In this document: one piece after another, positions 49,964-63,612 of the stretch
How positions within the stretch are numbered: position 1 is the first letter of the stretch
Layout: each line of letters begins with the position of its first letter
NCBI RefSeq assembly: GCF_006345805.1
Contig: NC_043004.1
Location: forward strand, 31,806,001 to 31,870,000
Length of the DNA stretch: 64,000 bases
DNA from: Octopus sinensis
Lineage: Eukaryota
Direction of reading: 5' to 3'
Program-made: the position numbers and the translations under genes
The notes under the pieces: model-generated
The model's database searches: none
What the model was told of the DNA's origin: nothing
The model's input: the letters and a program-made list of their open reading frames with translations, nothing else

Positions 49964-51236
49964 ATGACAGTGATTTCATCAATCATTATCACAAATGGCA
50001 AATAACATTCAAATGTAACGACTGAGAAAAATTGGATCACTCATACATAACTCATGCTGCATGACAAACACCCACACAGAAAGGCAGGGCTGGTAAACAA
50101 GAACTGAATGTACTACAATGTATTTATATAAAGCAAGGTGCCAAACTCCACAGATACACATCTATCTTCATGCCAACAGTAACTTATACCTGTGAGATGT
50201 GGATAAACACCAGCCAGAATTTATAGAACTAGAAATATTCACAGACTTTGCCTTAGAACCATACTATGAATTTCCCAGTGCAACCACATCACAAATGAAG
50301 AAGTAATAGAAATGGGCTGAATAACCAAAGAGATGCCATGAGACAGTCGACGTTTGGCTGTTCAAATGCCTACAAAGGGCCCAGTGAGGCCCTCTCACAA
50401 CTGGAAACCTAAGGAATGACATGAGAGGAAGTAACCCTACACTTCTTTCTTTCTCCCTCCTTCCCTCCCCCCTCTCTCACTTACCTTCCCTCATCATACT
50501 TGATTTCTCCCCCTCACTCTCACTGCAGTGTTTTATGCTAATTTACTTGCGATATGAAAAAAACATATACCCGGAAACTTGCATTGGGGGGTGGAAAACG
50601 TGTGCCCCTAACATAATCCTGAAGTTGTACTAGTTGGACACGGTATGGACAAGCCTGGATCTTTGAAATACAGGTGTATCCTACAAGTTTCCACACACAC
50701 AGAGTTTCCGTCTGCCCAGTTTCACTCAGAAGACTGAGGCTGACCTGATGTTGTGGTAAAAAGACATTTGTTTTCGATTCCACTGTAGGATCGAACCTAG
50801 ACCCATGTGATTACGTAGAGATTTAACTATGCTACATCCCCAATACCTCAATCACCATTACCATAACCTATTTCTTTATTACCCACATGGGGCTAAACAT
50901 AGAGGGGACAAACAAGGACAGACATAGGTATTAAGTCGATTACATCAACCATTACCATAACCGCTAACATAAGCTATCCAACCAATACCAACACGTTCAA
51001 CACCACCACCATCTCCACCAACTACCACCTTCACCACCAAAACACCAACCCTTTAATGACCAACATCAATACCGCCAAGATAACCGTGTCAAATGTCAAT
51101 GTATCTATGGCTATATCCGGTGTGTGTCAAATTATTGCTACCTTTGATTTCTAGCACACCACAAAGGAATGGCGTGCTATGTTTTGTCGCAACTCACAAA
51201 CTTGTCAACGACCCAATCAGCTGTTAAGATACAGCG

Positions 51237-52396
51237 TTCGGTAAATTCCGTAAAAAATTTCTATTTATTTATTTTTGTGAGTGAAAATCTACGTTTCTTT
51301 TGAAGTCAACATACAGTAAAAAAGAGAGAATAAATTGACAGGGACGTGTGTATATGTTGATGGGGGTGCGAGACAGAAAGTGTGTTGTGCGTGTAAGACA
51401 GAGAGAGAGAGGAAGAAAGAGAAAATATGTGTTACTGTGTGAGGGAGAGTAACAGCAGACCTTTTTTAAATTTTTCCTCACATCATTTTTTTGAATGAGT
51501 GTATGATTGACAGAGAGAGAGAGAGAGGGGGGGTGCTGTTGGAAAGAGAGAGAGAGAGAGGTGCTGTTGGAAAGAGAAAGAGAGGTGCTGTCGGAAAGAG
51601 AGATAGATAGATAGAGAGAGAGAGAATGAAAGTGTGTGAGACAGCGTAAATTTTATTTATTTACTTTTCTCTTTTTTTAGTGGGTATGTGTTTGGCTGAG
51701 AGAGAGAGAGATGTATGTTGTCAGAGAGAAAAAGTTTGTCTTGCTCTGTGTATGTGCAAGAGAGAGGGAGATGGTGATAGCGTAGATTTTAAAATTTATT
51801 TAGTTTTTCTCGCATCTTTTTTTTAGTGAGTGAGTGATTAACGGAGAGAGTGAGGGAGGTCTTGTCAGGAATGTCTAAAATGGGTAGGATCAGTCACACA
51901 CGCACACAAACACATATACACGAACATATATAAATACATTTACGTACATGTGTTTCTCAGGTGAATGAGCATTTTAAAATTTTAAAATGGTGTCTCACAC
52001 ATATAGAGAGCAAGACACACCGTCTCTCTCTCTCTCTGACAACACACACACTCTCTCTCAGTCAAACACACATTCACTAAAAAAAATGTGAGAAAAAGTA
52101 AATAAAATTTCCGCTATCACTCTCTCACACACACAAACACACACACTCTCTCTCTGACAACACACACAAACACACACTCTCTCTCTCTCAGTCAATCACT
52201 CACACTCTCAAAAAAGATGCGAGGAAAAATAAACAGGAAAAATGTAGGCTGTTGTCCTCTTCGCACGCACACATTTTGCGACCTTGTTTTTGTTATCTAC
52301 ACTCCACACACAAGAACAAGCACTTCGATACGTCAAAGAGAACAAGCAAGCAACTGACAATTGACGAGACAACACTCACTCACGGAAATTACCGAG
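51237..52396. mobile_element. Fold-back element with modular ~130-bp subrepeats
   Basis: Ends ttcggtaaattccgt / acggaaattaccgag. The reverse complement of 52000-52135 matches 51625-51760. caactgacaattgac.agacaaca...tcacggaaat.accga is shared with 1738-1785. Confidence 0.65.
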
Positions 52397-52517
52397 AACT
52401 ATGTTTACAAAAGCTACACAAAACGAAACAATACCGTATAGGTATAAGTATCTGCGCCGAAAAAGCCGTATTAGTGATAATATTTCATGTGTTTATAGTA
52501 GAGAACACGTGCTGTCA

Positions 52518-52594
52518 CGCACACGGAAACTAACCTATTTCTTTACTCGCACACGGAAACTAACCTATTTCTTTACTCGCACACGGAAACTAAC
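52518..52594. repeat. Perfect 30-bp minisatellite, ~2.6 copies
   Basis: Unit cgcacacggaaactaacctatttctttact. Confidence 0.95.
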
Positions 52595-52619
52595 AAACGA
52601 ATCTTGACAAAGCTGAGAC

Positions 52620-52890
52620 TCAAAACGATTGAATGAGTGGTACTTTGGGCAAATGTCTTCTACTATACCCTCGGGCCGACCAAAATCTTGTGAATGGATT
52701 TGGTAGACGGAAACTGAAAGAAGCCCGTCGTATATGTGTGTGTGTCTTTGTTCATGCCCCCATCGCTTGACAAATGATGTTGGTGTGTTTACGTCCCCAT
52801 AACCTAGCGGTTCGATAAAAGAGACCGAAAGAGTAAGTACTAGGCTTGCAAGGAATAAGTCCTGTGGTCGATTTCTTCGACTAAAAAACC
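52620..52890 (+). mobile_element. SINE family A, 5'-degenerate copy
   Basis: ttgggcaaatgtcttctactata...gtgaatggatttggtagacggaaactgaaagaagccc... Confidence 0.75.
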
Positions 52891-53755
52891 CTTTAAGTAA
52901 AAGAATATATATTTTATTTAAAAACAGTTTGATTCGACCAGGCTCCGGACATACTCATGAAGAGCAGTTGTAAAGAGATTATTTTCCAAAATTCCAATTT
53001 TTAAGTAAACAAAGAATAACAGAACACAAGACTCTTTGCTACTCAACGTGCATATTGTCTGAATTCTAACAAAAGGGAAAGCATTTACTTCAAGAAATGT
53101 GTAGATAGATAGAAACGATAAGAAGCACGTTTGAACGACTATCCTTCGGCGCCATAATTCTGCTAGACCGTCAACAGCCGCAGAAAGTTCAAAAGGTCAG
53201 CTCATTCTCATTAATCTCTAAGTGCAGGGAGAAGAAAACAAAAGACTATTTTTCTGTGACTAAAATTCTTCAAGGCAGTACCCCAGCATAACCGCACAAG
53301 TAAGAAAGTAAAAAGTCCCGGGGTCGATACAGTCGACTAAAAATTCCCCAAAGAGATGCCCCAGCATGGCCACAGTCTAATGACTGAAACAAGTTAAAAA
53401 GACAAAAATGAAAAATAACCAAAAAATATAACCAAGGAGGTTTTGTCCACTTTCACACTGTAACTAAGGGGAGTATTTTGGGTACTCCTAGGGGTGTTTG
53501 GGGTACTCATGAAGAAAAGTGGACCAGCACTAGTCATTAAAAAAGTGAAAATAAAACAATTTTGAAATTGAAATAAAATGTTACTCATTTCAGTATAATT
53601 CGATTTATTGTTATTTAAGTGTAGCGAATGTGTACGGCAACAAAGACAAAAAGAATGGAGAACATGGTACAGAACTACGAATGCAAACAACAAGAAATAA
53701 CAACAGGGGAGATAAACGAGTGGGAAATAGTGGGAGTTAAAGATATATATATTTC

Positions 53756-53988
53756 AAGGCGGCGAGTTGGCAGAAACGTTAGCACACCAGGCGAAATGCT
53801 TAGTGGTATTTCGTCTGCCGTTACGTTCTGAGTTCAAATTCTGCCGAGGTCGACTTTGCCTTTCATCCTTTCGGGGTCGATAAATTAAGTACCAGTTATG
53901 CACTGGTGTCAATGTAATCGACTTAATCCCTTTGTCTGCCCTTGTTTGTCCCCTCTGTGTTTAGCCCCTTGTGGGTAGTAAAGAAATA
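53756..53988 (+). mobile_element. SINE family C, full length
   Basis: aaggcggcgagttggcagaaacgttagc...gagttcaaattc...gtgggtagtaaagaaata. Confidence 0.9.
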
Positions 53989-54013
53989 TATATATATGAC
54001 TGCATGTGTATCG

Positions 54014-54187
54014 TTGGCAATTTTTTTCCCTCCGTCTTCCCTTCCTTGGATCTTTCCTTTCTCTGTTTCTGACGAAGAACTCCACTCGAAATGTTAAATC
54101 CTCCTTCTTTCTCTCCTTTCCTGAGCGTCCAATAACACTATACTTGTTCCATGTCCCCATGTTGTGTTTTCATGTTTGGATTAACTT

Positions 54188-54190
<3 letters not shown>
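54014..54190 (+). mobile_element. Second copy of the hammerhead-like PLE-terminus repeat
   Basis: gttt-CTGACGA-a-gaac-tcc-actc-GAAA-tgtta-aatc at 54065-54100. Flanks match 23253-23425. Confidence 0.6.
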
Positions 54191-54259
<69 letters not shown>

Positions 54260-55074
54260 TTATGTATATATATATATACATATATACATACAAACACATA
54301 TAGGAACATACATATATTTGCATATACATGCATATATGGGCACAGGACACTAGAGAAGATGAAATATGGAAAACAAAAACATGGAATACAAACTTTTTTT
54401 TGCAAATAATGAAAGAAACAATTGGAAAACAAGACAAATAACATGAAAAAATGACCCTTCATTACTTGTTGGCTGTTTTTCTACTTCATATTTCGAGCAA
54501 TTCACAAGATGTGTTTTCGACATAACAGTTGCTCCCGCAAAGCAAATTAAAACAAATTTGGGATTTTGCAGAGGGTCAAAGTTGGTAATAAAAACAAGAC
54601 AGTGAAAACAAACAGGAAGGACTGCTAAGCCTTAGACGAGTTGAGTTGGTGAACATGAAGAAACAAGCTCTGACAGAAAACAGACAAAAATGCATCCCAT
54701 CCCTGTGGCTGATCAGAGAGAAAGAAGGAAATTTAAGTCAGGAAAAGAAAGATGACCAATGGTCACGTGCAAGCAACGAGAGAGCAAAGGTGGAAGAGTG
54801 TGGGAGAGAGAGGGACAGATAGAGAACAACGAAGGGGAGAGGAAAATGAAAGGGAAAGAAGAGGAGATAAAAAGAATAGGGAGAAGAAGCAAAAGAGGGG
54901 AGGAAAAGAGATAGGAGGTGTCGCATTGGAATTATCAAGATAAAATTTACTTGGAAATGGATGCGTGGAATTCAATCATAAAATAATATATAAATATAAA
55001 TGCATACATATACTTATATATGTACATTCATATATTTGTATATGAATGTACATATACATGTACGTAAAAAACAT

Positions 55075-55295
55075 CATTTGAGCGTGGCTTTGCCAGTACC
55101 ACCTGACTGGCCCTTGTGCCAGTGGCACGTAAAAGCACCCACTACACTCTTGGAGTGGTTGGTGTTAGGAAGGGCATCCAGCTGTAGAAACTCTACCAGA
55201 TCAGACTGGAGCCTTGTGCAGCCATCTGGTTCACCAGTCCTCAGTCAACTCATCCAACCCATGCTAGCATGGAAAGCGGACATTAAACGATGATG
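55075..55295 (+). mobile_element. RTE 3'-end fragment, tail-to-tail with the next element
   Basis: gtggcacgtaaaagcaccc...gcatggaaagcggacattaaacgatgatgat. Confidence 0.85.
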
Positions 55296-55299
55296 ATGA

Positions 55300-57945
55300 T
55301 ATATATGTCATCATTTACCATTCCATGCTGGCATGGGTTGGACAGTTTGACTGAGGACTAGCAAGCCATAAGGCTGTACAAGGCTCCAGTCTGATCTAGC
55401 AAAATTTTTACAGCTGGATGCCCTTCCTAACACCAACCACTCTGAGAATGTAGTGGGCATATTTTATGTGCCACCAGCACGGAGCCAGTCGGCCAGAACT
55501 GGCAACGACCATGCTCAAATGGTGCTTTTTACATGCCACCAGCACAGGTGCCAGTCAGGCAGTACTGGCATCAGCCACAACAATGACTTCACTTGACTCA
55601 ACAGGTGTTCGCAAGCACAGTTTATTGCCCAGTATTGAAGGGTACTCTTAAATGGGCCAGTTATGCTGCACTGGCATAGGCCACGGTTACGGTCTCACTT
55701 GGCTTGCCGGGTCTTCTCAAGCACAGCATATCTCCAAAGGTCTCAGTCACTCATCATCACCTCCGTGAGGCCCAATGTTTGAAGGTTATGCTTCACCATC
55801 TCATCCCAGGTCTTCCTGCGTCTACCTCTCCTACAGGTTCCCTCTACTGCTAGGGTGTGACACTTTTTCACACAGCTGTCCTCACCCGTATGCAACACAT
55901 GACCATACAAGTGCAGTTGTTTCTCTTGCACACCACATCTGATGCTTCTTATATCCAACTTTCCTCTCAGAGCACTTACACTCTGTTGTGTATGCACACT
56001 GACATTACACATCCAGTGGAGCATACTAGCTTCATTCCTTGCAAGCTTACGCATGCCCACAGCAGTCATGGCCCATGTTTCACTGCCATGTAGCATGGCT
56101 GTTTGCACACATGCATCATAGTCTACCTTTCACTCTGAGTGAGAGGCCCTTTGTCATCAGCAGAGGTAGGAGCTCTATGAACCTTGACCAGGCTATTCTT
56201 ATTCTAGCAGCTACACTCTCAGAGCATCCACTCCTGCTACTGACTTGGTCACCTTGGTAAAGGGAGCTATCAACTACTTCTAGATTTTCCCACTGGCATG
56301 TGATGGGAGCTGTTTTCCACACATTTTCAGTGTTTATTGCTCCTGAGCAATTTGTCACACACAAAAACTCGCTTCCCAGTTAGCCTTCCTTTGATATTGC
56401 TGCACCTCTTAAGTGTCCATAGCTTACACTGGGTACATCTCATGGAGTTTCTACCTACGCCTTTTCTACAAATCAAGCAGGGCTATCTACCTGAAAGGAT
56501 TTGTGGTTTGTCTGCTTTCCTACTTATTAAGGCCTTCATTTTTACTAGGTTGACGCTAAGGCACTTTGATTCTAGACCTTGTTTCCACACCTGAAACTTC
56601 TCTAGTTCTGATAGTGACTCAGCAATTAGAGCAAGGTCATCAGCATAGAGAAGCTCCCAGGAGCATCCTGTCTTGAATTCCTCCGTTATTGCCTGGAGGA
56701 CTATCATGAATGAGAGGGGGTTGAGGAGTGATCCTTAGTGGACTCCTACCCCTACCCCTAAACCAGAATTCTTCACTATACTCATTGCCAACCCTCACCT
56801 TACTGACAGTATCCCTGTACATGGCTTGTACAGCTTTCATTAACCACTCATCTATCCCTAGTTTCTGTATTGACCACCAAATAGGGTATTGGGGGACCCT
56901 GTCAAAGGCTTTTTCCTTGTCAATGAAAGCCAGGTACAGAGGTTTATCTTTGGCTAGGTATTTCTCCTGCAGCTGTCTTACCAAAATATAGTATTACTGG
57001 TGCTTTTCTCTGGCACAAAACCAAACTGCATCTTGTCTAAACTAACTCTCTCCCTAATTAGTTGGGCTATGATCCTCTCCATTCTTCCAGTCCTTCTATG
57101 CCTGTTTCTTTTCCTTAATGGCCCTGTCAATAACTTGATACCTCTGTAATTATTCGTATCTAATGCATCACCTTTACCTTTGTAGCAGATGACTATGGTG
57201 CTGCTACACCAGTCATTGGGTCTGACTCCTTCATGTATCACCTGATTGACTATACAGGTGACTAGGCTATAGCTGACACTGCCAGTTTTTTCAAGTATCT
57301 CTGCAGTGATTCCTGATGGGCAGGGGGTGGGGTAAGGGGACTTTCCCTGTCTTCACTCTCTTAAGTGCTTTATCTTCCAGGGTACTGTCAATTCAGATAG
57401 CTGGTCCCTCTGTTGGGTCAACATTTGGCAAACTCCCTTCCTCCCATTCATTCTCTCCATTTAGCAACCTTTTATAGTAGCATCTCCAAGTCTCTCTCTT
57501 CGCAGTATCATTAAATGCAAGTGAGCCATCATCCATGCAGACTCATTTCTCTCCTATGACATAACGACTCTCTCTCATACACTGTCTTGCAATATGAAAC
57601 ACTTCAAGTTTCTGGTCCTCATAATACAGAACATTGGCAATTTTTTTTCTTATCTGCTTCCCCTTTGGCTAAGTAAACCTGTCTCCTAGCTTCCCTTCTG
57701 GCAAGCTGATACAATTCCCTGCTACCATCGTTCTTCCAGTCCTTCTATGCCTGTTTCTTTTCCTTAATAGCCCTGTCAACTACATTGTTCCACCACCACA
57801 TTACCTTGGGTCGTGAGAGTACTTTGCACCATCCACAGATCTGGTCAGTAGCCCTCAACAGGTTGTCCTGTAGGAACCTCCAGTTGTCTTCCATATCACG
57901 TGATGCTATATCCTCCTCTATTTCATCAAAAGCTTTAAGTAATAT
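55300..57945 (-). mobile_element. 5'-truncated RTE-clade LINE
   Basis: WWWNNVVDRAIKEKKQA, YKGKGDALDTNNYRGIKLL, LAFIDKEKAFDRVP, LLYADDLALIA and MLHGSETWAM. Confidence 0.92.
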
Positions 57946-57978
57946 GTCTCTAAATATATATGTGTGTATATATATATG

Positions 57979-58031
<53 letters not shown>

Positions 58032-58878
58032 GTATAAATATCAACACAATTATTTCTCCTTCCTCTTCTCCTTTCTTCCCTTTTCCAAACTCACAGACAC
58101 CCACACACACACCTCCACAAAACAATTCTTCTCTAAACCCAAAAAATCATTTGACCACCTCTCATTAAACACACACACACATTCTCTCACAATGATAAAA
58201 AGGAAATATAATTTATGGTCTACCTCCCTGCCACCACACACTCAATAACACTATGAAATGGTCAAAACTGAAATTCTTTTTCCCCAAGATCTTAGACCCC
58301 CCTTGGAGTAAGCATGCTGTCCAGCAGAGCAAATAAAATTCTTTTCTTCTTCTTCCCTCTTCCTTCCCCTCTTTTTCTTTAGCACTCATTCCAAATACAA
58401 AAGCACACACACGCACACATGCTCTCTCTCTCACTTTCTCCTCATCCATCACCTTCTTGTCCTGTCTTATATTCCTCCCCACCACTACAAACTCAATACC
58501 ACTATAAAATGGTAAAACTTTTCACACAGGAACATATTTTGATTTGAAAACCACACTAGAATGGGAGAAAGTGCTAATACGTGATCTAAGTTATATGATG
58601 TATAAAAAATGTAATATACAAATAAATATCTGTAAATATAAAACCATCCGATTTTCTGAGTACCTCATTTCTTCTAATATAAAATACTTGTACATCATCT
58701 CCAAACCTTCCAATATATATATATACCGGAGTAAACACATAAATGTGAAATAAGGTGGAAAAAAGAGTACTCAAATACCAGTGGTAGATTAATATGCTTT
58801 ATTTAAAGCAGCAGAAAATTCAACAAAACCTGTTACTGAGTTTCACGTTGCCGTTCGTCGGACAGTTTTTGCTATATG

Positions 58879-58934
<56 letters not shown>

Positions 58935-58961
58935 CATACACACACACACACATATATACAT

Positions 58962-59032
<71 letters not shown>

Positions 59033-59151
59033 GAAGGGGAAGAAAGACAGTGAGAAAAAGGAAAGAAGGACAAAAAGAAAAACAGAAAAAAACACCCAGA
59101 AAATAAAAGGGAAAAAGGAAAGATGATATTACTATTATTATTATTATTATT

Positions 59152-59345
59152 ACTTTTGCATTAGCGAAGGCGGAGGTATTGTTTTCAGTCACATTTGTTT
59201 GTTTGTCTGTGGACATGATATCTCCAAAACCGCTGGATGTATTTGGATGAAACTCCCAGGGATGTTTGGCCTCGTAACTAGCATGAACTGATTAGATTTT
59301 GGCACTGATCCGGTACTGGACAAAGATTCGAGATTACCTTTCCTG
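59152..59345 (+). mobile_element. Helentron-associated (HINE/DINE-like) fragment
   Basis: ttac..tcgc..tagcgaaggcggaggtattgttttcagtc...tttgtttgtctgtggac...ggatgaaact...gatccggtactggac is typical of HINE 5' architecture. Confidence 0.5.
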
Positions 59346-59471
59346 TTTTTTTTATTTAGTTTTTGAGAGCGATCAGGTTCATCTTTTTTAGTATGCTCAT
59401 CTGTGAGCAGTCGAGTTTATTTAAGATATTCTCATTAAAAAAAAAAGTCATCTCTTGATGGTTACATACCA

Positions 59472-59657
59472 GTGGCACGTAAAAAGCACCCTCTACACTC
59501 TCGGAGTGGTTGGCGTTAGGAAGGGCATCCAGCTGTAGAAACTCTGCCAAATCAAGATTGAAGCCTGGTGCAGCCATCTGGTACGCCAGCCCTCAGTCAA
59601 AATCGTCCAACCCATGCTAGCATGGAAAGCGGACGTTAAACGATGATGATGATGATG
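59472..59657 (+). mobile_element. RTE 3'-end fragment
   Basis: Conserved 3' end plus (GAT)n, followed by (TA)n. Confidence 0.85.
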
Positions 59658-59784
59658 ATATATATATATACGTACATACATTCATATATACGACTGGGTT
59701 TTATATTTTTCCGTCTACCAAGTCCATTCACATGGCTTTGGCCGGCTCAGATGTGTACCAAGGATACATCTCTTAGTTTCTTTC

Positions 59785-59820
<36 letters not shown>

Positions 59821-61479
59821 CACACACAGAAATGAAGAGAGAAAGTGGGGGAGACAGAGAGACTATGTATGTTTGGTATAGGTTTATCGACGGAAAAAGA
59901 TAAAACCCAGTCGTATATATGTAGGTATGTACGTAGTCCTGTGTGTGTATGTTTGTATCATCACCATGGCTTCTTTTTCTTGTCTTTTATTTTGAAGTTG
60001 TTTTTATTTTCATTGTTTTGGATTTCTTTCTTTTTTCTTCTGTCCCGAGGGAATTCGTTGACAAGCTCTTTTCATTCACTTTTTTAGTTTCTTTTAAATT
60101 TATTTACCGCACACTCTCATATTTTTTCCCCGTCTGGCTTGAAATTTTCAGTTAATATTTTAATCAAAGGAAATGGATGGCTTATCTATGTATTTGAACT
60201 TAAGATGGGGCCCCTCAAATGTAGAGGCCCCCTGCGACGGTACGGGTTGCAGGGGCTTAACGACGGCCCTGCACCTTGGGCAGGTGTCTTTTACTATAGC
60301 CTTGGGCCTTGTGAATGGATTTGGTAGATGAAAACTGAAATAAGCCCATCGTGAATCATAATCTCCGTATTTTTCTACGTATTTCGCCAAAAAAATTTCT
60401 TTAAAATGTGAAAAATTGGGAGGGGTGGGGTGAATTAAAATTTTGAAATGCCGATTTTTTTTTTTTTTTGCAGATTAAGAATTTCTGCAGTCGAAAAGGT
60501 GGGTTTCTGTAGAAAAAATAACTGAAAAGGGGTGCCAGTCCATGTCTTTTACGTCTGCACCTCCCAATATACTGCTAATCCGTTATTTTGGGTTGGGAAG
60601 AAAGGTGGGGGCGAAGGAGGGGGGGGGCTCATCCGGTAATCATTGAAATTTTTTTTTCGTTGAATCAATTCCTGTGACTTCCTAATATGCTATAAAACCC
60701 TTTTTGGGGTCCGAAAAATTTCACCTCCACCTCCATTGATTTTTTCACCCGCCTGATTTTCAGTAAGGAAAAAAAATCGCGCTCAAACTAATTTTTGAGT
60801 GTGACGGGGTGGGGGGAGAAAGGTGAACGATTTAAAATAATTATAAGCGATTTAAAATAAATTAATTGTTGTGAGAAAGTATATATATTCTGATGATAAA
60901 ATATAGCATCTTTCAAAAACAGCCTAAATTTATAGACTACATCCTGTGTGTTTAAGAAAAAAAAAAAAAAACATTTTACAGAAATAATTCTTCTAAAGTG
61001 TGAATTACATGGTTCGTTATGTAATATATATCCCCTTGGTCCCCACTTTCCGAACCAAAATAAGGGATTTGCAGCATATTATGAGGTTTGGGTACTTGAT
61101 TCCACGCAAAAAAACCGAGTTTTGTTTTTTCTTAGTGAAAATCGTGCGGGTGTTAATATAAAAATTTACCAAATTATTAATTTAATTTATAATTAAGGGT
61201 ACCAGATACTGCCAGTATTGTTAGAAATAAGAGTCAAAACGACTGGAAACCACAATTCGAAGAAAGGCGTTAATAGAAAAGCCAGCTTACTACCATGAGC
61301 GATTTTCACTCACTAATGGTATGTTGGCTTTCCTATTTACTCGTTTCCGCGAATTCACCAGTCTGTATAAGTGATGAATGGTTTTGAGTCGTTTTGACAC
61401 TTATTTCTAGCAATACTGGTACTATCTTATACCCTGAATTATAAATGTATGTATGTATATATTTGCTCCACCACCATAG

Positions 61480-61645
61480 CTTGACAACTGATGCTGGTAT
61501 GTTTACATCCCTGTAACTTAACAGTTCGGTTACAGACACCGATAAAATAAGAACTAGGCTTACAAAGAATAAGTCCTGGGGGCGATTTCTTCGCCTAAAA
61601 AACCCATTTAAGGCGGTGCTCCAGCATGACTGAAATAAGTAAAAG
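61480..61645 (+). mobile_element. SINE family A 3' half
   Basis: gcttgacaactgatgctggt...gataaaataagaactaggcttacaaagaataagtcc...ggcggtgctccagcatg. Confidence 0.75.
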
Positions 61646-63581
61646 AGCATTTTAACTTTCTAGAATTCTTGAATCTCGAGATTATCTCCCCTGCTCAAGT
61701 GGAACTGGTTTTAATTGCCATTTAGTAATTATAATTCATCCTGTAGATTTGGAGATAATTTTAATAAATCAAGAATTTGTTCTATGGCTTTTTTTTTTTA
61801 CACAATTGTTACTGTCCACGTTGTAAAAATACGTGCCACTGCCCGCTCTTAGTACACCCGTTCTTTGAGGAGTTTTATTTTTCATCCTACAGGGTGTCCA
61901 ACACCACTGAATCACAAAGCAACCTCAATGCAGTAGGATGTAACAGGATTAATGATTACCCGTAGCGCTCTTGAGCGACATCGCCTACTCCAACATTCAC
62001 ACATTTACACGCTCGCGGACATATATGCATATGCTTCAATTTAGAAATAAAAAAAAAGTTCTCGATACTGAAGAATAAATTTTTTTATTATTATATGCTG
62101 AGATTACACTCCATAACTACTCCGAGTTTCGCTATCCTCTGCTGCTGCAAGAAAAGAAGAGAAAAAGAGAGAGAGAGAGAGTGCGTGTGTGTGCGCGCGC
62201 GCGATTTCATAAATATTACCTCCCTTGGTCAAAGTTTTCTTATGTAGCGAAGAAAAAAATAAACAGATTCTTCCAGGAACAAAAATTGGAAATGCAGTAA
62301 ACAATATACATATCAATTCGCACTTTTCGTTTCACTTCCTTCTAGAAATCTGAGTAGTGCATATAACAGGTTGTCGACGTAAAGAAATGACCTTATCTCC
62401 CCTTGCGTTGGACGATTCCAAAGCTGACTGAATCGTCGAAGTGTTGGCTGTTGCGCACCAACATTTAACAGCAGAGAGGAGAGGCCTAAACCAGTCATTA
62501 CTATTTAATGTATATATATATATAAACGATGTTTTTGGTAAGTATTTCGATTTTCTTAATAAATAAGTAAAGTCTATTTAGACAGAAGCTCTAATCTTTA
62601 TCGAGTCTATCAACTCAGTAAGTCAATTAACTCGAGCTATTTAATTCATACATCAGTGACAAATACAAGCTTCTATTTTCCAGCATGGTTATTTTCTATA
62701 ATATCACTTCATTTTTTTTCGTTTGGTGTATTAAAAAGGTATTCTACGTTCAATTTCACAATAATCTTTTAAAAAAATGATAATGTATAATTTTGTTATT
62801 CGATTTTCATAATTTGCTGTTTCATTTAGTTTTTTCCTTTTGTATTTATTCACATATCTTCTCTCGCTCGCACACACATACACACACGCGTTTGACACCT
62901 ACATTTATTTGGTAATAAATATATTATGTAAATATATCTCTGTAGTGACAATACATATACACGTGTAACGCATTTTTACTAAAATGTAGTGCGTATATTC
63001 CTTTTTCGCTCTATTCATTAATAAATATATGTGGATGTGTGTATAACACTGCTTCCTAGATCTGTTATTAGTCTTTTGTTGAAATAGTATTATAAGGCAT
63101 TTCTAAGTGATAGTCATATCTGATCTTTATACTGAAACAGTTTTTATTTTTACCAACGCAGTCCTTGGTTTCCGTATTATCTTCCACCACCCTTAAATAA
63201 TAAAACTTATTGAAAGTAACGTAATATTTTGTTAAATAACAATAATAATGTTACTAAGAAACGTTTTTAAAGACAGGCATTAATCAACTGTGTAACACTA
63301 ATAATGTTATGAGATAAGTAGAATTTTTTCTTTTAATGTTTCCGTTAGGTAAAGCAGTCATTTGGTATTTTGGGGATAATTCCACGTGACACCGGTATCT
63401 TTGAAGGCGCCTCGTGACATCAGTTGAAGACCCCAGAAGCTGGATTGCGATCCCTAAGACAGTTATCTCCCTTAGTACAAGCTTCCATCCCTCCTCTTGC
63501 GCGTTAACAGGTGCTAAACATCTATATAGAAAGCAGTTTTTACATAAGTTTGTATTATATATATATACATACATATATATA

Positions 63582-63611
<30 letters not shown>

Positions 63612-63612
<1 letters not shown>

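Noticed and set aside
49858-50040. Poly-Ile ORF
   Set aside because: Reverse-strand reading of the (GAT)n RTE tail.
52518-52594. CRISPR-like arrays (also 34200-34390 and 46465-46658)
   Set aside because: They are contiguous tandem repeats without unique spacers, in a eukaryotic context with no cas genes.
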